Positions 1 through 13,161 of a stretch of DNA of 64,000 nt are shown piece by piece. The first letter of the stretch is position 1. Every line of letters begins with the position of its first letter. The stretch is from Salpingoeca rosetta (Eukaryota; Protista; Choanoflagellata): NCBI GenBank assembly GCA_033442325.1, contig JAWQFM010000033.1, positions 351,029 to 415,028 on the forward strand, in the 5' to 3' direction. A program made the position numbers and the translations under genes. A model generated the notes under the pieces. It ran no database searches and was not told the DNA's origin. It worked only from the letters and a program-made list of their open reading frames with translations.

Positions 1-75
<75 letters not shown>

Positions 76-82
76 ACGGCAC

Positions 83-362
83 CTTTGTCTCCTTGACGGG
101 CATGGCGGCAATGTCCTCGAGTTGCGGCAGGCCGTCGCCCTCCGCCCGCTCGTGCTTGTACTCGTGGATAAGATAGTTCTGCAGATACCTGTTTGGGTGG
201 TTCGTTGGTGTGTTGGTTGCGTGTGTCGATTTGCCATGAACATTTATCGTGCATCTTCAGTGAGGCGAGTGGCTGGTTCGATACACCAACGGCAACAAAA
301 TACAAATACAAGGAAAACAAGACCAAGAAGGACAACAAGGACAACAAAGACAACAAGAACAC

Positions 363-442
<80 letters not shown>

Positions 443-760
443 CCACCACAAAACGACACGATCACACCACCACCACCACAAAACGACACGATCACACCAC
501 CACCACCACAAAACGACACGATCACACCACGCCACGCATGTTTGACGTACTTCTTGATTGTCTCTGCGTGTGAAATGCAGGGGTCGTTGAGCGAATCGTA
601 GAAGATGACGCACGGATATCGCTCCACACGAGGAGGTGCAGCTGCTCATTGCGATCAATCGTGATTGCGTTGATTGGGGCGCCCGCATGGGGTGAGGAGA
701 TGATAAGTTGAGCGCACACCAAGGACACATGTTCCACTTCCCAAACACCACACACACACA

Positions 761-792
<32 letters not shown>

Positions 793-3042
793 TACACACA
801 CACACACCTCCGGTGATCTTTGCTCGTTTGCGGGCGGATGTGTCCTTCACTTTTCCAACACAGTCCTCAACGACACTGCGACCACCATCGCGTTTGTCAC
901 CATCACCGCCATCACCGCCATCACTGTCTGCTTCAGCATCACCACCGTCGCCATCATTATTGTCACCATCATCAACAACTTCGACAGAGTGGCGTCCTTG
1001 TTTTCCCTTCGCTCCACCACTTCCTCCTCCCCGCTTTCCGCTGCTCTTTCCTCTGCTTCCGCGCTGCTGCTGCCGTTGTCGTTGCTTTTGTCCGTCTTGG
1101 GCAACAGCACCACCATCACCATCACCATCACCATCACCATCACCATCGTCATTGTCATCACCATCACCGTCATCAGCACGCAGCATCAGCTTGTGCTGCT
1201 GTTGCTCCAACCACTTCTTGTTCTGCCGTGTAATTGGTCGACTTGCTTTCCTGTCCACAAGAAGTCGAAAGACGTACGACGGCACGCGGCAAAAACGGGT
1301 GAATGAGATGTGGTTCGTACGTGCATGTTCATAGCTGAGCGTGGCATCATGTCAATGTACGCGCGTTCGCAAATGAACGCACGCGTGCATGCAGGGGTGC
1401 GTGCGACAGCACGTGTTCATGACTTACAACTCCTCTGCCAGTTGCGTGCGCTGCGCAATTTCGCGGTCGCGGCGCTCTGGAAATACACATACGCACAGAC
1501 ACGCACGCACAGACACGCACACACACGCACAGACACGCACACACACACACAGACACACGCACGCACACACACGCGCGCGCATAGACAGACGGCCGTATAC
1601 AGCAACACAAAACAGGCAAAGGGTGAGGGATTGCGCATTGGAGAGAGGGAGACACGCTGTGGAGGCTACAGACAGCAGCATGATGCACGTGCACAAGCGA
1701 ACAACACAGCGCTGTGTGCAGAAGAGTTTGAGCACACGCGTAAACGACAACAGCACCTTGCTCCGAAGCAGGCCCGGTGACATCAGCAAACGCATCATCG
1801 TCGCTGTCTGTGGCATCAACCATGTTCATCTCAATGTCATTGTCATTGTCATCGCCATCACCATCACCATCATCATGGTCGTGAATGGTTTTTGTTGGTG
1901 CGCGTTCGCCTGTATTAGCTGCTGCTGTTTCAGCTGCTGTTGCAGCGGTTGGCGGCGGTGTTGCTGTGGCCACTGTTGACTGCAGCTCACCAGTGCATCT
2001 GTTGCGGTCGTGCGCTCCATCGCCATCAGCATCGTCAACATCTTCGTCCATGTCAACATCCCGACGTGTTCCACTGCTGCTATCGCCACCACCAACACGG
2101 TCAGCGCCAGCACGGTCACCATCACCGTCACGTGACACGGCGACGACCCCAGCATTCTTCGCATCGCTCCCGCCGTCTTCATTATCCTTGCTGCCAAGCG
2201 GTGGTGTCGCACGGTCATCATCACTGTCACCGTCATCGTCATCGTGGCTGTTGTTGTTGCTGTTGTCGCTGCTGTTGTTGACGTTGACGGGTGCTGGAAC
2301 AGGCAGTGTAATCTTGTCGTCCTCATCATCACCACTGTCATCCTCAGCCACAGCGTGCCCTGGTCCTTGACTACGATCACGAGTGTCGTGAGCAGGAGTG
2401 TCGATGTCGTCGACGTCAGTCAAGGGAGACGATGACGCCCGTCGTTGGCGGCGGCACTGCACCACAACAGTGACATCACCGCCATCATCGTCGTTGTTGT
2501 TGTTGTTGTCACCTTCACTACCATCACCAGCGTCGTCGTTGGGGTTGTTGTTGTGACCAACCCCGCAGGTGTTTTTGGCCGTTGTCGCTTTGATGGCGGC
2601 GAGAGCGTCAGACATCATGTTGGTATAGTGCGAGTCATCCTCACCGCCAGCACTTGCATCATCATTAGTGACAGCAGTCTTATTACCACCATCGTTATCG
2701 TTGAATGGTGTCGTGTGCCCGTTGTTGGTGGGCACAACCTTCACAGCACCATCAGCACCACCTGTACTGTCACCCACACGACCAGCACCAGCATCACCAT
2801 CACCATCAGCACCGTCACCATCAGCAGCATCATCATCAGCACGAACAACATCATCCTCACGACAGTCCATGTCCATGCCCAGATCCTGACCGCCGCCATC
2901 ACCATCACCATCACCACCGGGGATGTCTTGGCTGCAGTCCATCATGGCGCTTGCTCGTCCACGACTCCCACCATCCGTCGGTGCCGCTACCACCGTCGTT
3001 CTCACGCCATGGCCAGCAGCAGTGGCCGTCACCGATGACGAC

Positions 3043-3075
<33 letters not shown>

Positions 3076-4472
3076 ACTGTTGGTGTCGCCATCACCACGT
3101 CTGGCGTGGCAGTAGCGGTACCAGCACTGTTCACATCACCGCCGTGTGCTCGGTGTGCTGTTGTTGGTGTTGCCAACGGTGTGATAATTGTTGTTGCTGG
3201 TGTTGATGTTGATGTTGTTGCTGGTGTTGATGTTGTTGCTGCCGCTGGTGTTGATGTTGTTGCTGTCCGTGGTTGTGGTGATGGACTTGTTGGGGAAATG
3301 ATCGTTGTCGTTTGTGCTGGGGAACTGATCGTCGTCGGCGTCACGACGGTTGTTGTCGTGTTGACTGGTGGCACAGACAACGAGACTGCGTTGCCTGGTG
3401 GCGGTGGGGTCGTCGTTGCACCTGCAGCTCTTGTCAATGGCGATACAGGGGCGCTGGTGGTTCCGCGTCGAAGTTGAGGCGACGCAGGCGTTGCCACAGC
3501 CCTCACAATCGTGGTTTGTGGCGTCGGTATTGCCGTGGTCTCATTGTCTGTGACAGCGTCGTGGTCGGTAATGGTCACCTCTTCACGCGTGTCTGCGTCC
3601 TCCTCCTCCTCCTCCTCCTCCTGATCTTCCTGCCCGTCCCCTGGTGGCTGCGATCTCGGCTCGCAAACACCACCACCACCGCCACCACCATCGCCATCGC
3701 AGTCGCGATCACCGCTGCAGTCGTCGTTGTCGTCGAGAATCCGTACAATCACTGCAGACCAAAGAAAATGAGCACACCCCACACATGTGAGACGAGCCGT
3801 AAAATGTTGCGCACATGATGGCAGTGGCAGGGGTAATAATGGTGGTTGGCGGTGATAGCATGAATTTGCAACGTTTCACGCTCACACCTTCACTCAGCGA
3901 GCAAACACAATCACACGAATGTAGCCACAACCATCACAACCACAGCCACCAACATAAATAGCGATACTGACTGTGCTCGAGTTGGGGTTTCTTTCGACGA
4001 AAAGCAGTCTGCTTCACAACGTCATCACCACCACCACCACGATCACCACGACTGCGACCCAAGACGTGTGCGTCCAGTGGCACTTCCGTCCCAGAGCCGA
4101 GGACGCGTCCCAATGGCGGCGCTGCCAACTGCTTGCCTCTCCGCCCCTGGTTCTTCCTCTTACCACCAGCTTTGTTGGCACCTCCAGCAGTGGTGGTGCT
4201 GGCGGTGTTCGTTTTGCCTGCAGGCACGTTGCAGTGGGTGTCCGTGGCTGATGACGTGCGGTAAACGGCGTCGCGCGCATAGTGCGGGATGCTGCCGGCA
4301 CCGGTGCTACTGCGCGTACCGTAACGCGGGGGTGGCGACGAGAGTGTCCAGGGGTTGTTGAGCGATGACGACGGCGGTGCCGTCGATTGGAGGGATTGCA
4401 GTGCTGTCCCGTTGCCACTGCGCCGTGTGCGCACGCTCGTGATAACTGGGGCAGACGCATCGCCAATCGTCC

Positions 4473-4555
<83 letters not shown>

Positions 4556-5035
4556 CACAGTGAGTGGTGAACAATGACCAGCTGGATAACGCAACCGCCA
4601 GCGACCAGGGAACAACAGCTTATCCTCTCCGACAACGCGCCATCGCCGTCATTACACGCCACTACCCTGCTCACCTCCACAGCGGGCGGTTTCATAAAGG
4701 GAAAGCACACAATCGCCAGGTACCAGTGGGCGCTGTGCACACACACATGCGAAGGTGCGCAACAGCGACAACAGCGTGAGCGGGTGGATTGGATACGCTG
4801 AGACAAGACACAGCGCAGACACAGACACGCCTCCTTCACACGCACACGCACACGCACAGACACGCACACGCACACGCACACGCACACGCACGCACACGCA
4901 CACGCAGCCAGTAGGAACTCACTGTTCGTTGATGGGGATGATCAGAAAGTCCTTTTCAAACAGGCTGACGTGCTTTGTCCAGCGCTTCACGCTGTCGTAC
5001 CCGCCCTGCACCCCGGCCAATGATGGTGATGATGA

Positions 5036-5069
<34 letters not shown>

Positions 5070-5098
5070 GGTGATGATGGTGGTGATGATGGTGGTGG

Positions 5099-5169
<71 letters not shown>

Positions 5170-8100
5170 GTGATTATAGATGAGGGAGGTGGTGGAAGTA
5201 AAGCAATGCAGCAAGCATCCACAGGAAGCGCAAACATGTGGATGTAAACGAAGTGCGTGCCAGAACATGAGGGCATCTTGTACAGAGAAACACAAGCAAA
5301 CACACAACACACAACGCACAACACACAACACACAACACACAACGCACAACGCACAACACACAACACACACATGCAACCCCCCCCCCCCACACACACACAC
5401 ACACATGCAACCCCCAGAGCACTAACGTCGCAGAGTTTGGAGAAGAAGTAAGTGTTGAAGACGTGGACGTTTGAGCGTGCGGTGTTCATCTCGTATTGGC
5501 GGTGGAGATACGCCAGCCAGAAGTTAACCAGCTCGTCATCAAGAAACTCCCTGCCGTGCAGCCTGGCCGGCCATTCGGGTGCACACGGTGGTGGTGGTGG
5601 TGGTGGTGGTGGTGGTGGTGGTTTGTGAGATATAGGGAACGTACGGAAGGCAAAAGTGCAAACATACACGCACAGGTGTCGACAGCAGCCACCACATGAT
5701 CACAGTAAGTACACGATCACAGCCACCATCACAAACCAGCACCACACGAATAAAAACCACACATCCCTCCCTCTCTCCCTCCCCCACCACCACCACCACC
5801 ACCACCAGCACCACCGCCGCCGCACCCGCCGCCGCACCTGTTGTAGCTGCCGCGCGTGAGGTTGAGCGTGCGCGCTCCACTGGTGTCCACGGCGACCATC
5901 ACCTCCGCGTCGTCCAGCCGGCGCTGCTCCTGCCGCCGCTTTCGCCGCGGTAGCTTGATTGCCTTCTTCCCATCGCTCGCGCTGGCACCACCATCACCAT
6001 CACCATCACCATCACCATCACCATCGCCATCACCACTGCCACGTGTCGACCTCCTCCTCCCCCTCCTGCTGCTGCTCCTGCGACCGGTTTTGTTGTTGTC
6101 ATCGTCATCGTCATCATCGTCATCATCATTGCCGCTGCTGCGTGTCTTATGCCTCCTCACTGCTGGCGTGTCGTCCTTGGTGTTGGTGCTGCCATCATCA
6201 TCGCCATTTGCACGTCCGCTGCCGCGTCCTCCACGACTCTTCTTGCCGCCACCAGCACCATCACCATTGCCATTACCATCACCACTGCCATCATCGTCGT
6301 CGTCGTCGTCGTCAGTGCGTTGGCGCTGGGAGCGGGTGGAGCTGCGAGTCACGGGCCGCCGCGCAGCCGTCACAACCAGCGCTTTCGCAGCTGTGGCCGG
6401 TGCCTCTGTGGCTGTCGTTGTTGTCGTTATTGTTGCTGCTGCGTTTCCTGCTTTTATCTTGTGCTTTGAGCCGCTTCCCCCATCGCTGTCACCGGCACTA
6501 TCACTGTTACTGTTACTGTCACCATCATCAGCGCGGCTGCTCTCCGGTCGATGTTTGCCGGTCATTGTTGCGAAGACGTTGCCACCACTGCGCGGGTGAT
6601 TGCGCTTGTGTTCGCTGCCGCGTTCCATCGCAGACAGCGGGTTGGGCAACGCAATCAACTGGTCAGAATCCCAAGCATCAGCAGCATCAGCAGCTCCAGC
6701 TCCATTGCCGCCACCATGATCACCACTGGTGCCTTGTGATTGTGAGGACGACAGCAGGGATGACTCGTGTTTCAACTTGGGTGGTCGTCGCCGCCGCCGC
6801 TGGCCCCCACTTGTCGCCGCACCCCCACCATCACCACCACCATCACCATCATCACCGCTGACATCGTCATCAACATGGATCGGGTGCTGCTGGTGCGGCT
6901 GTTGTTGCGGCTGCGATGGTGAGAGGGCGAATGCAGGTGGGAGGTCGTCATCGTCGTGATCATTGCCACCATCCTCGTCACTCTCGTCATCACCATCGTC
7001 GTCATCGACGGGATGGACGGTCTCAGGCGCCTGGTGACGCGTGCAACCACGAGAGGTGGTGGCAAATCAATAAGTGAGCGTGTGCGTGCATCGTTGTTTC
7101 ACGTGTGCATCTGTGTGCGTGTGTGTTTGTGTGTGCATGAATGTAGATGTATGTGTGTATGTGTGTGTACGCGCGCTTGCAGGTTCACACACACAGAATG
7201 CTCAGTGGACAGGAGATGGGGTCACTACAGATGCGCACCTGATTCAGCGTCGAAAAGCGACCACCACCAGCACCATCATCATCATGATCACGACTGTGAT
7301 TATGATCGCCATCCTTGTTGTTGTCATCATCGTCATCATCAAGAAGAACAACCACCTCATCAACGTCACGCTCCGCACCACCACCGCGACTGCTTCTGCT
7401 TCTGCTTCTGCTTCTGCTGCTTCTGCTGCTGGTTTTGTCGCCGCCATCAACAACACCGCCCACGATGCGACCGCCCCACTTGCGTATTTTTGACAGTAAC
7501 GACGGCGACGACGATGATGATGATGGTGGTGGTGGCGATGACTGCCGTGGCTGTTGTTGGTGTGCATGGCTGCTGGAATGACGCGCATAGAAGTTCTTCA
7601 CGCGTGCTGAACGCGCCGACGACGTCGTTGATCGCGTTGTCGGGTGTGTGCCTGTTGTCGGTGTCGAGGGTGATGAAGGGCGAGTGCGGGGCTCTTTAGG
7701 TGTCTCAATGAGCACGGGAGGATAGCGGGACGTCACTGGCAGCATCGACAGAGGCCGGTGGAGGAGGTGGAGGAGAAGAAGAAGAAGCAGGAGGGGGCGG
7801 GGCGGGGTTGGGGTGAGGGTTAGAAGAGTGAGGGCCACGAGGAGAAAGGGGGAGCTGGGGCGAGGGGCGGAATGGAGGACCAAAGCGGGTTCTGGAGGCT
7901 GCTGTGACATGAAGCAATTACTCGCAGACACAGACACACTATCATACACGTATGATCACACACCATCATACACGTGTGCTCACACGTATTACGCGTTCAC
8001 ACATTCACTCACATGTGCACATGTTCGCATGCACATGTGCTCACCGGTTGACCTCTGGGCAGCGGGGGGCGCGGCCTTGCGCCGTGAGGGCTTGCTCTGC

Positions 8101-9051
8101 CGCGAACCCATTCTGGAGAGGTTATTCAAGTTGTGGCTGCCACCTTTGTGTGTGGTCCGGAGAACGTTGGTGGTGGGGGAAAGCGTGAGGTACCCCAGGC
8201 CACGAACAGAAGGCAGAGAGGAAGGACGAGTAGACAGATGAGCAACTCGACAAGCATCGTGCAGAAGCAACTATCACGCAGGTGGTTGGTCCTGGCACAT
8301 ACGTACACGATACCTGGCACAAACGTGGGCAAGTTTTGTAATGCAGCAGTATCCAGGCTGTGGGGCTCAGGCTTCTGTGCACACACATACACACACACGT
8401 GTCAGAAAACAAACTGTGTTGCGTGGGTGTGCGTGTATGTGTGCGCGTATGATGTTGGAGCGAGAGAAACAACACGGACAATGCCAATGCTACGCACCCA
8501 AGTATATTGGTCACTTTGAAATGGATCCAGGTTCTTGTCGATCGGCTGCGGGCGCTTACTACAGGCGACAAACAACAAGGTGATATGAGGGTGTGTGTGT
8601 GTGCGGGTTAGCGAAAGCAAGCACGGTGTGCACACACGCGGCGCAAGCGCGACATCAAACGACAATACACTCGGGGCTGTGCGACCACATTGCAGGCATC
8701 ACAAGAAAACATGTATGGCTTCCAGTCCTGCCATCATGTTCGCCCCGCGAGCACTAACGTCGAGGTGTCCTTGGCCGATTTGAATATGTCCTTCTACAAC
8801 GAAGAGCCAACAGAAGCAAGCAGGCAGCCGTGAGCACATGTGGGCACGGACAAAGCATTGGTTTGTAGCGCGTTGTGTGTGGAGCGCTGGGTGCTGTAGG
8901 CACGTAGCCGAGGCGTTGTTTCGCAACCCTGAGGTCTTTGACAGCAGGGCAAAGTGTCTGCCTTCATACGACTACCCCATAAACAACACATCGCCACGGA
9001 CAAGCCTGCCAGTGAATGTACCTTTGTCCGCTTGCTCCGCTTCTTTGTCAT
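83..9051 (-). CDS. SUMO/sentrin-specific protease, Ulp2/SENP6-7-like (peptidase C48), multi-exon, 3' end beyond left window edge
   Basis: Spliced exons give LNLTRGSYNR|LHGREFLDDELVNFWLAYL...VHVFNTYFFSKLCD (5427-5562)|GGYDSVKRWTKHVSLFEKDFLIIPINEH (4923-5005)|AHWYLAIVCFP (4675-4732, catalytic His)...PCVIFYDSL (551-641, catalytic Asp)|YLQNYLIHEYK (83-188). GT/AG and phases are consistent. The Q..N..DCG Cys motif is expected left of position 1. Start MTKKRSKRTK at 9051 and the 5' exons are less certain. Confidence 0.9.
364..530. repeat. (CAT)n microsatellite followed by three copies of a 30-bp unit (CACCACCACAAAACGACACGATCACACCAC), intronic
   Basis: Directly visible inside the SENP intron 189-550. 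Confidence 0.9.
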
Positions 9052-9970
9052 GGTGCTTGGAGGGCGTTCCTTGTCGACCTTGGAATTTACGCACAGGGAA
9101 GAAAAGAAGAGAGAGGGGGGAGAGGAAGAGAGAGAGAGAGAGCGAGAGAGAGAGAGAGAGCGAGAGAGAGAGAGAAGAAGAAGAAGAAGAAGGAGGAGGA
9201 GGGAGGAAAGCGCAGACGGACGAGTGAATGGACGGATGGATGGACGGATGGCCGTGCGGACGGCTGGGCTGTGCTCGTCGTCGCCGCTCTGAGGTTGTTG
9301 TGGGGATTTGCCGCAAGATGCACACAACACAGGCACACAGCAGAACACGCAGCGCCAAACAAAAATGGTGTTGGGGAAAAGGACGCTGCTTGTGGCACTG
9401 CCCACGTATGTATGACTGGAGGTGTGCGATGTGGCTGCGGAGGTGTGCAGCTGGTGCGGGTATGCTGTTGTGGCTGGTGTGGTCGTCGAGTGTTGTTGAT
9501 GTTGTGGTGTGGTGGTGTTGTCGTCTCGTTTCCCGCCACCACCATTGCAGAAAAATGGCCATCAGGTACACAATAACCGTGAATCTTTTTATGATGTTGA
9601 TAACTGTGGCAGGCAGGTCCTTGTTGGTGTTCGTGTTGTGCGAGCCCAGACACACCGCAAGCGGAAGAGGACGCAAGTGAACAGGCGCGCAAGCGACAAA
9701 GGGAAGAGCAGAAGCCAATAACGAGCACAGAATATGTGAAATAACGCGGCAACAACAAGGGCAGGAGCAAAAAACAAGAAGAACAAGAACAAGAACAAGA
9801 ACAAGAACAAGAACAAGAAGAAGAAGAAGAAAGTGGCGAAAAGCCAAAAGCAACTGAAGGAAACACGGCGTACGTAAGCCAAGACAAACCGTGAGTGGTA
9901 ACAAAGGGTGCAAATCAAAGCTACAAGCACAGATGCAAGAGGGCAACTCATGCGCGCTTACGCACATGCG

Positions 9971-10005
<35 letters not shown>

Positions 10006-10164
10006 ACAAACTCACTCACACACACACACACACACACGAACAAACTCACAGACATACACACACACACACACACAAACAAACACAAACACACAACCTCACC
10101 AAACTCACCAAACTCACACACACACACATGCATAAACGCATGACAACAACCCTACAACCGTCCG

Positions 10165-11408
10165 TCACCAAGCAAACGGCTGGTGACAGATGGTGTTGAT
10201 GACAAGAATGTTCTGGGAATATGATGGGATGGCGTAAATGTTACCGTTGGAGGCAAGCACGCCCGTGGACCAGCGAAAGGGCGATGTTCTAGTGTCAAAA
10301 GCAAGGGATGTCGTGTCGGCGGTGTCGTCAAACGGGTTGATGACAAGCACGGTGAAGTAGTTGCGGGGAATGCCGTAGATGAGCCCGCTGCCTGCAAGCA
10401 CGCCGCCCGTCCACTTGAAGTCATCCATGTCCGGAAGGCCCACAATGGACGTGGTGTCGATGGTGTTGGTTTCGGGGTCGATGATGAGCACAAAGTCCGC
10501 GTGGGATGGGATGGCGTAGATCTTGCCGTTGTCGGCCAGCACGCCCCCGCGCCACTGATCGGCATCCGGGATGTCAGATATGGTGGTCATGTCCAGCGAG
10601 TGGAGCTTGGGGTCGATGATGAGCACGGAGTCCTCATTACCGGGCATGCAGTAGATGCGGCCGTTGTTGGCCAGGACGGCGCCAAACCACTTGTTCGTGG
10701 CCAGCGGGAGACCGCCCATCTTGTTAGGGTATGCGGTGTTGGTGGCTGGGTCGATGATGAGCACGTGGGTTGCGTGCGACGGGCATGCGTAGATGAGCCC
10801 GTCGTGTGCCTGCACCGCGCCATCGTACTTGTAATTGCCACTGGGAATGTTGGTGATGGTCGTGGTGTCGACGCTGTTGGTGGCGGGGTCGAGGATGAGC
10901 ACATTGGAGGCGTGCGAGGGAATGCCGTAGATGATGCCGTTGCTGGCCAGGATGCCGCCACGCCACTTTCGTTCTTGGTCAGACAGCGAGGCGATGCTGG
11001 TCGTGTCAAACGTGTTGAGATCGGGGTTGATGATCAGCACGCTCGTGCCGGAGAAAGGGATGCCGTAAATAAGGCCGTTGGGGGCCTCCACACCACCGTA
11101 CCACTTTTCTATGTCATCCATGTCGGTGTTGATGGTGGTAATGATGTCCTCGCTGCCGCCAGGACACCTCGCCTCAGCCACAGACTCCGTCGCTGCGCGT
11201 AGCGCGGCCGTGGTGCTTTGCAGCGCCTCCAGTTCTGCGGCAATGTCGACATCATTCATCAAAACACGCCCACGCGTGCCCGTGGCTTCGTTCACGCCAG
11301 CCATGACATGCAGCGTGCCGTTCCCATCCTCCTCAAAGCCAGCGAACAACGGCGGCGGCGTTGGCGTGGTTGTTGTGGTTGTGGTTGTTGTGGTTGTTGT
11401 GGTTGTGG

Positions 11409-11440
<32 letters not shown>

Positions 11441-11628
11441 GGTGGTGGTAGTGTTGTTGGTGGAGTTATTGTAATTGGCGGTGTTGTTGTTGTGGTTGTT
11501 GTGGTTGTGGTTGTGGTTGTTGGTGGTGCAGGTGGGGATGGAGAGGCCGGTTGAGCTGAGCCAACATCCGACACCACAACCACAGCAGCAGCAGCAGCGC
11601 ACACGAACACCACCGCCCACCACCTCAT
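10165..11628 (-). CDS. Secreted protein: signal peptide, Pro/Thr stalk, short coiled coil, seven ~46-aa W-x-GGVLA-x-NG-x-IY-x-IP repeats (predicted 7-bladed beta-propeller)
   Basis: Uninterrupted ORF. MRWWAVVFVCAAAAAVVVV is a hydrophobic N-terminus directly after a ttttttgcag acceptor-like site. Seven clear tandem repeats lie between 11106 and 10190. Confidence 0.85.
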
Positions 11629-12219
11629 CCTGCAAAAAAGAGGAGGAGGAGTTGTCGTTCTCATCATCGTGCTTGGCGTCTGGGATTGACGAAAATTGGC
11701 ACAAATTATTCACTGGCTTTCCGCAGTGGAGATGGCAGTGAGTGGAGATGGTAGTGGGTGGTGTCTGTGTGCCGCAACACTCATGTGTACATGACCACCA
11801 AGACCAGCGAGATAGAGGAGTGGACACGCAAGTGTGTGTGTGTGTGTGTGTGTGTGCGTGTGCACGTGGAGTTCGCTTTGCCTGCGGCGCTCTCATGTCA
11901 CATAGGCGGGTGTTGAAGTATTGCAGCTCTGTTCTTTACTCAAAGTGTGATGAAACTGAAGAACTGAACGACTGTCGCGGAGGAGACAACAAGCACAGAA
12001 AGACAGAAGCATGCTCATTGAAACAAAAGAAACAAAGTGCAGTGAATCCTCAAGCATGCACGTACATGCAGGCGTAGGTGGGCATGCCACGCACATGCAC
12101 CAGCTGCAGGTACACAATGACACAAGCACACCGAGCATTGATGCAAACAGATGCAAGCAGGCGCACGCACACACAAATACTCAAACACACGCACGCACAC
12201 ACACACACACAATGCCGCC

Positions 12220-12597
12220 TCAGCATGTGGGCCCGAGGGTGAACCACGTCGTGGGCAGGGCCTTGGTTGCCTCGATGAGTTTTGCGTTCTTGGTGTCCTC
12301 CTCGGATCCGACGAAGGTCACCATGGTAATGTCTGCAAACTCGCCCATCTCCTCCAGGTGCTTGCCGACGTTGGCCAGGTGCACAAGGAAGGCATCGGCG
12401 TTCTTGTAGTGCTCGCGGCACACGAAGACGCTAGGGTCGCTGGTTGAGCGCGCGAACCCGTAGAAGAACATGTCCGCCTCCTTGGAGGTTGTCTCGACAA
12501 AACGCTGCATGACAGGCACGACGTCCTTGTCGTAGTCCTTGCCTTGCTTCAGCTTGAAGGAAACGAGCGCGCTGAAGTTGTTGCCGGGAATCGCCAT
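12220..12597 (-). CDS. Antibiotic-biosynthesis-monooxygenase (ABM)/dimeric alpha-beta barrel family protein, 125 aa, intronless
   Basis: MAIPGNNFSALVSFKLK...RFVETTSKEADMFFYGF...FVCREHYKNADAFLVHL matches the ABM/YgiN-type pattern (E-x-Y...A-F-x-x-H). Codon usage is strongly GC3-rich. Confidence 0.8.
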   Translation of the reverse strand: MAIPGNNFSALVSFKLKQGKDYDKDVVPVMQRFVETTSKEADMFFYGFARSTSDPSVFVCREHYKNADAFLVHLANVGKHLEEMGEFADITMVTFVGSEEDTKNAKLIEATKALPTTWFTLGPTC

Positions 12598-12877
12598 GGC
12601 TGTGTGTTTTGCTGCCCTTGCTGGTGCGCTATGTGCAGAAGAGTTGAAGAGACTGATCAAAGGCGGGGGGGGGAGAAGGGGGTTGAATGTGTGCAGGTGT
12701 GTGTGTGGGGGGGGCGCTTGTTGAATGTTTTGCTGTGGAGGTGCTGAGGTGAAAGAAAGGTGCGATCGCAGGTTTGTTTGTTTTTTTCTGAGGTTCTGTT
12801 TGAAGACAGCAAAATGGAGTTGTGACAGATTTGACATGAGAAATAAACTTGCCGCTGTTCTGCTCGGATTTGTCGCA

Positions 12878-12887
12878 ATGACGTCAT
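12878..12887. promoter_or_regulatory. Perfect CRE/ATF-type palindrome ATGACGTCAT upstream of the ABM gene
   Basis: 10-bp palindrome about 280 bp upstream of the ATG at 12597. Function is inferred. Confidence 0.4.
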
Positions 12888-13161
12888 CACTGGTGTTGTT
12901 TTTTGTGTGCGCTTGTGCGTGCTTTCTTGATTCAATGTGTTTGTTTGCATCGTGATGTTGTAGTGTTGTGCACTCTGACATCGACGGCCCCAGCCACTGT
13001 CTCACACGCACACACACACACAGAGAGAAGGAAAACACACAGACATAGACCCAAGGACACACACACACACACACACACGCAGCAGGAGCCATAGTACTTT
13101 GCTGCCTGGGCTCCTCCAGCAAACGCGCGCGCGCTTGTTTGCCACCTCAGCTTCACTCCTC

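Noticed and set aside
441-530. 30-bp direct repeats, and the repeats at 18741 and 61553, as possible CRISPR-like arrays
   Set aside because: They are head-to-tail tandem copies without unique spacers, intronic, in a eukaryotic context with no cas genes.
10190-11106. Calling the repeats Kelch or WD40
   Set aside because: The GG precedes rather than follows the IY strand and the Kelch Y...W or WD signatures are missing, so it is left as an unnamed propeller.
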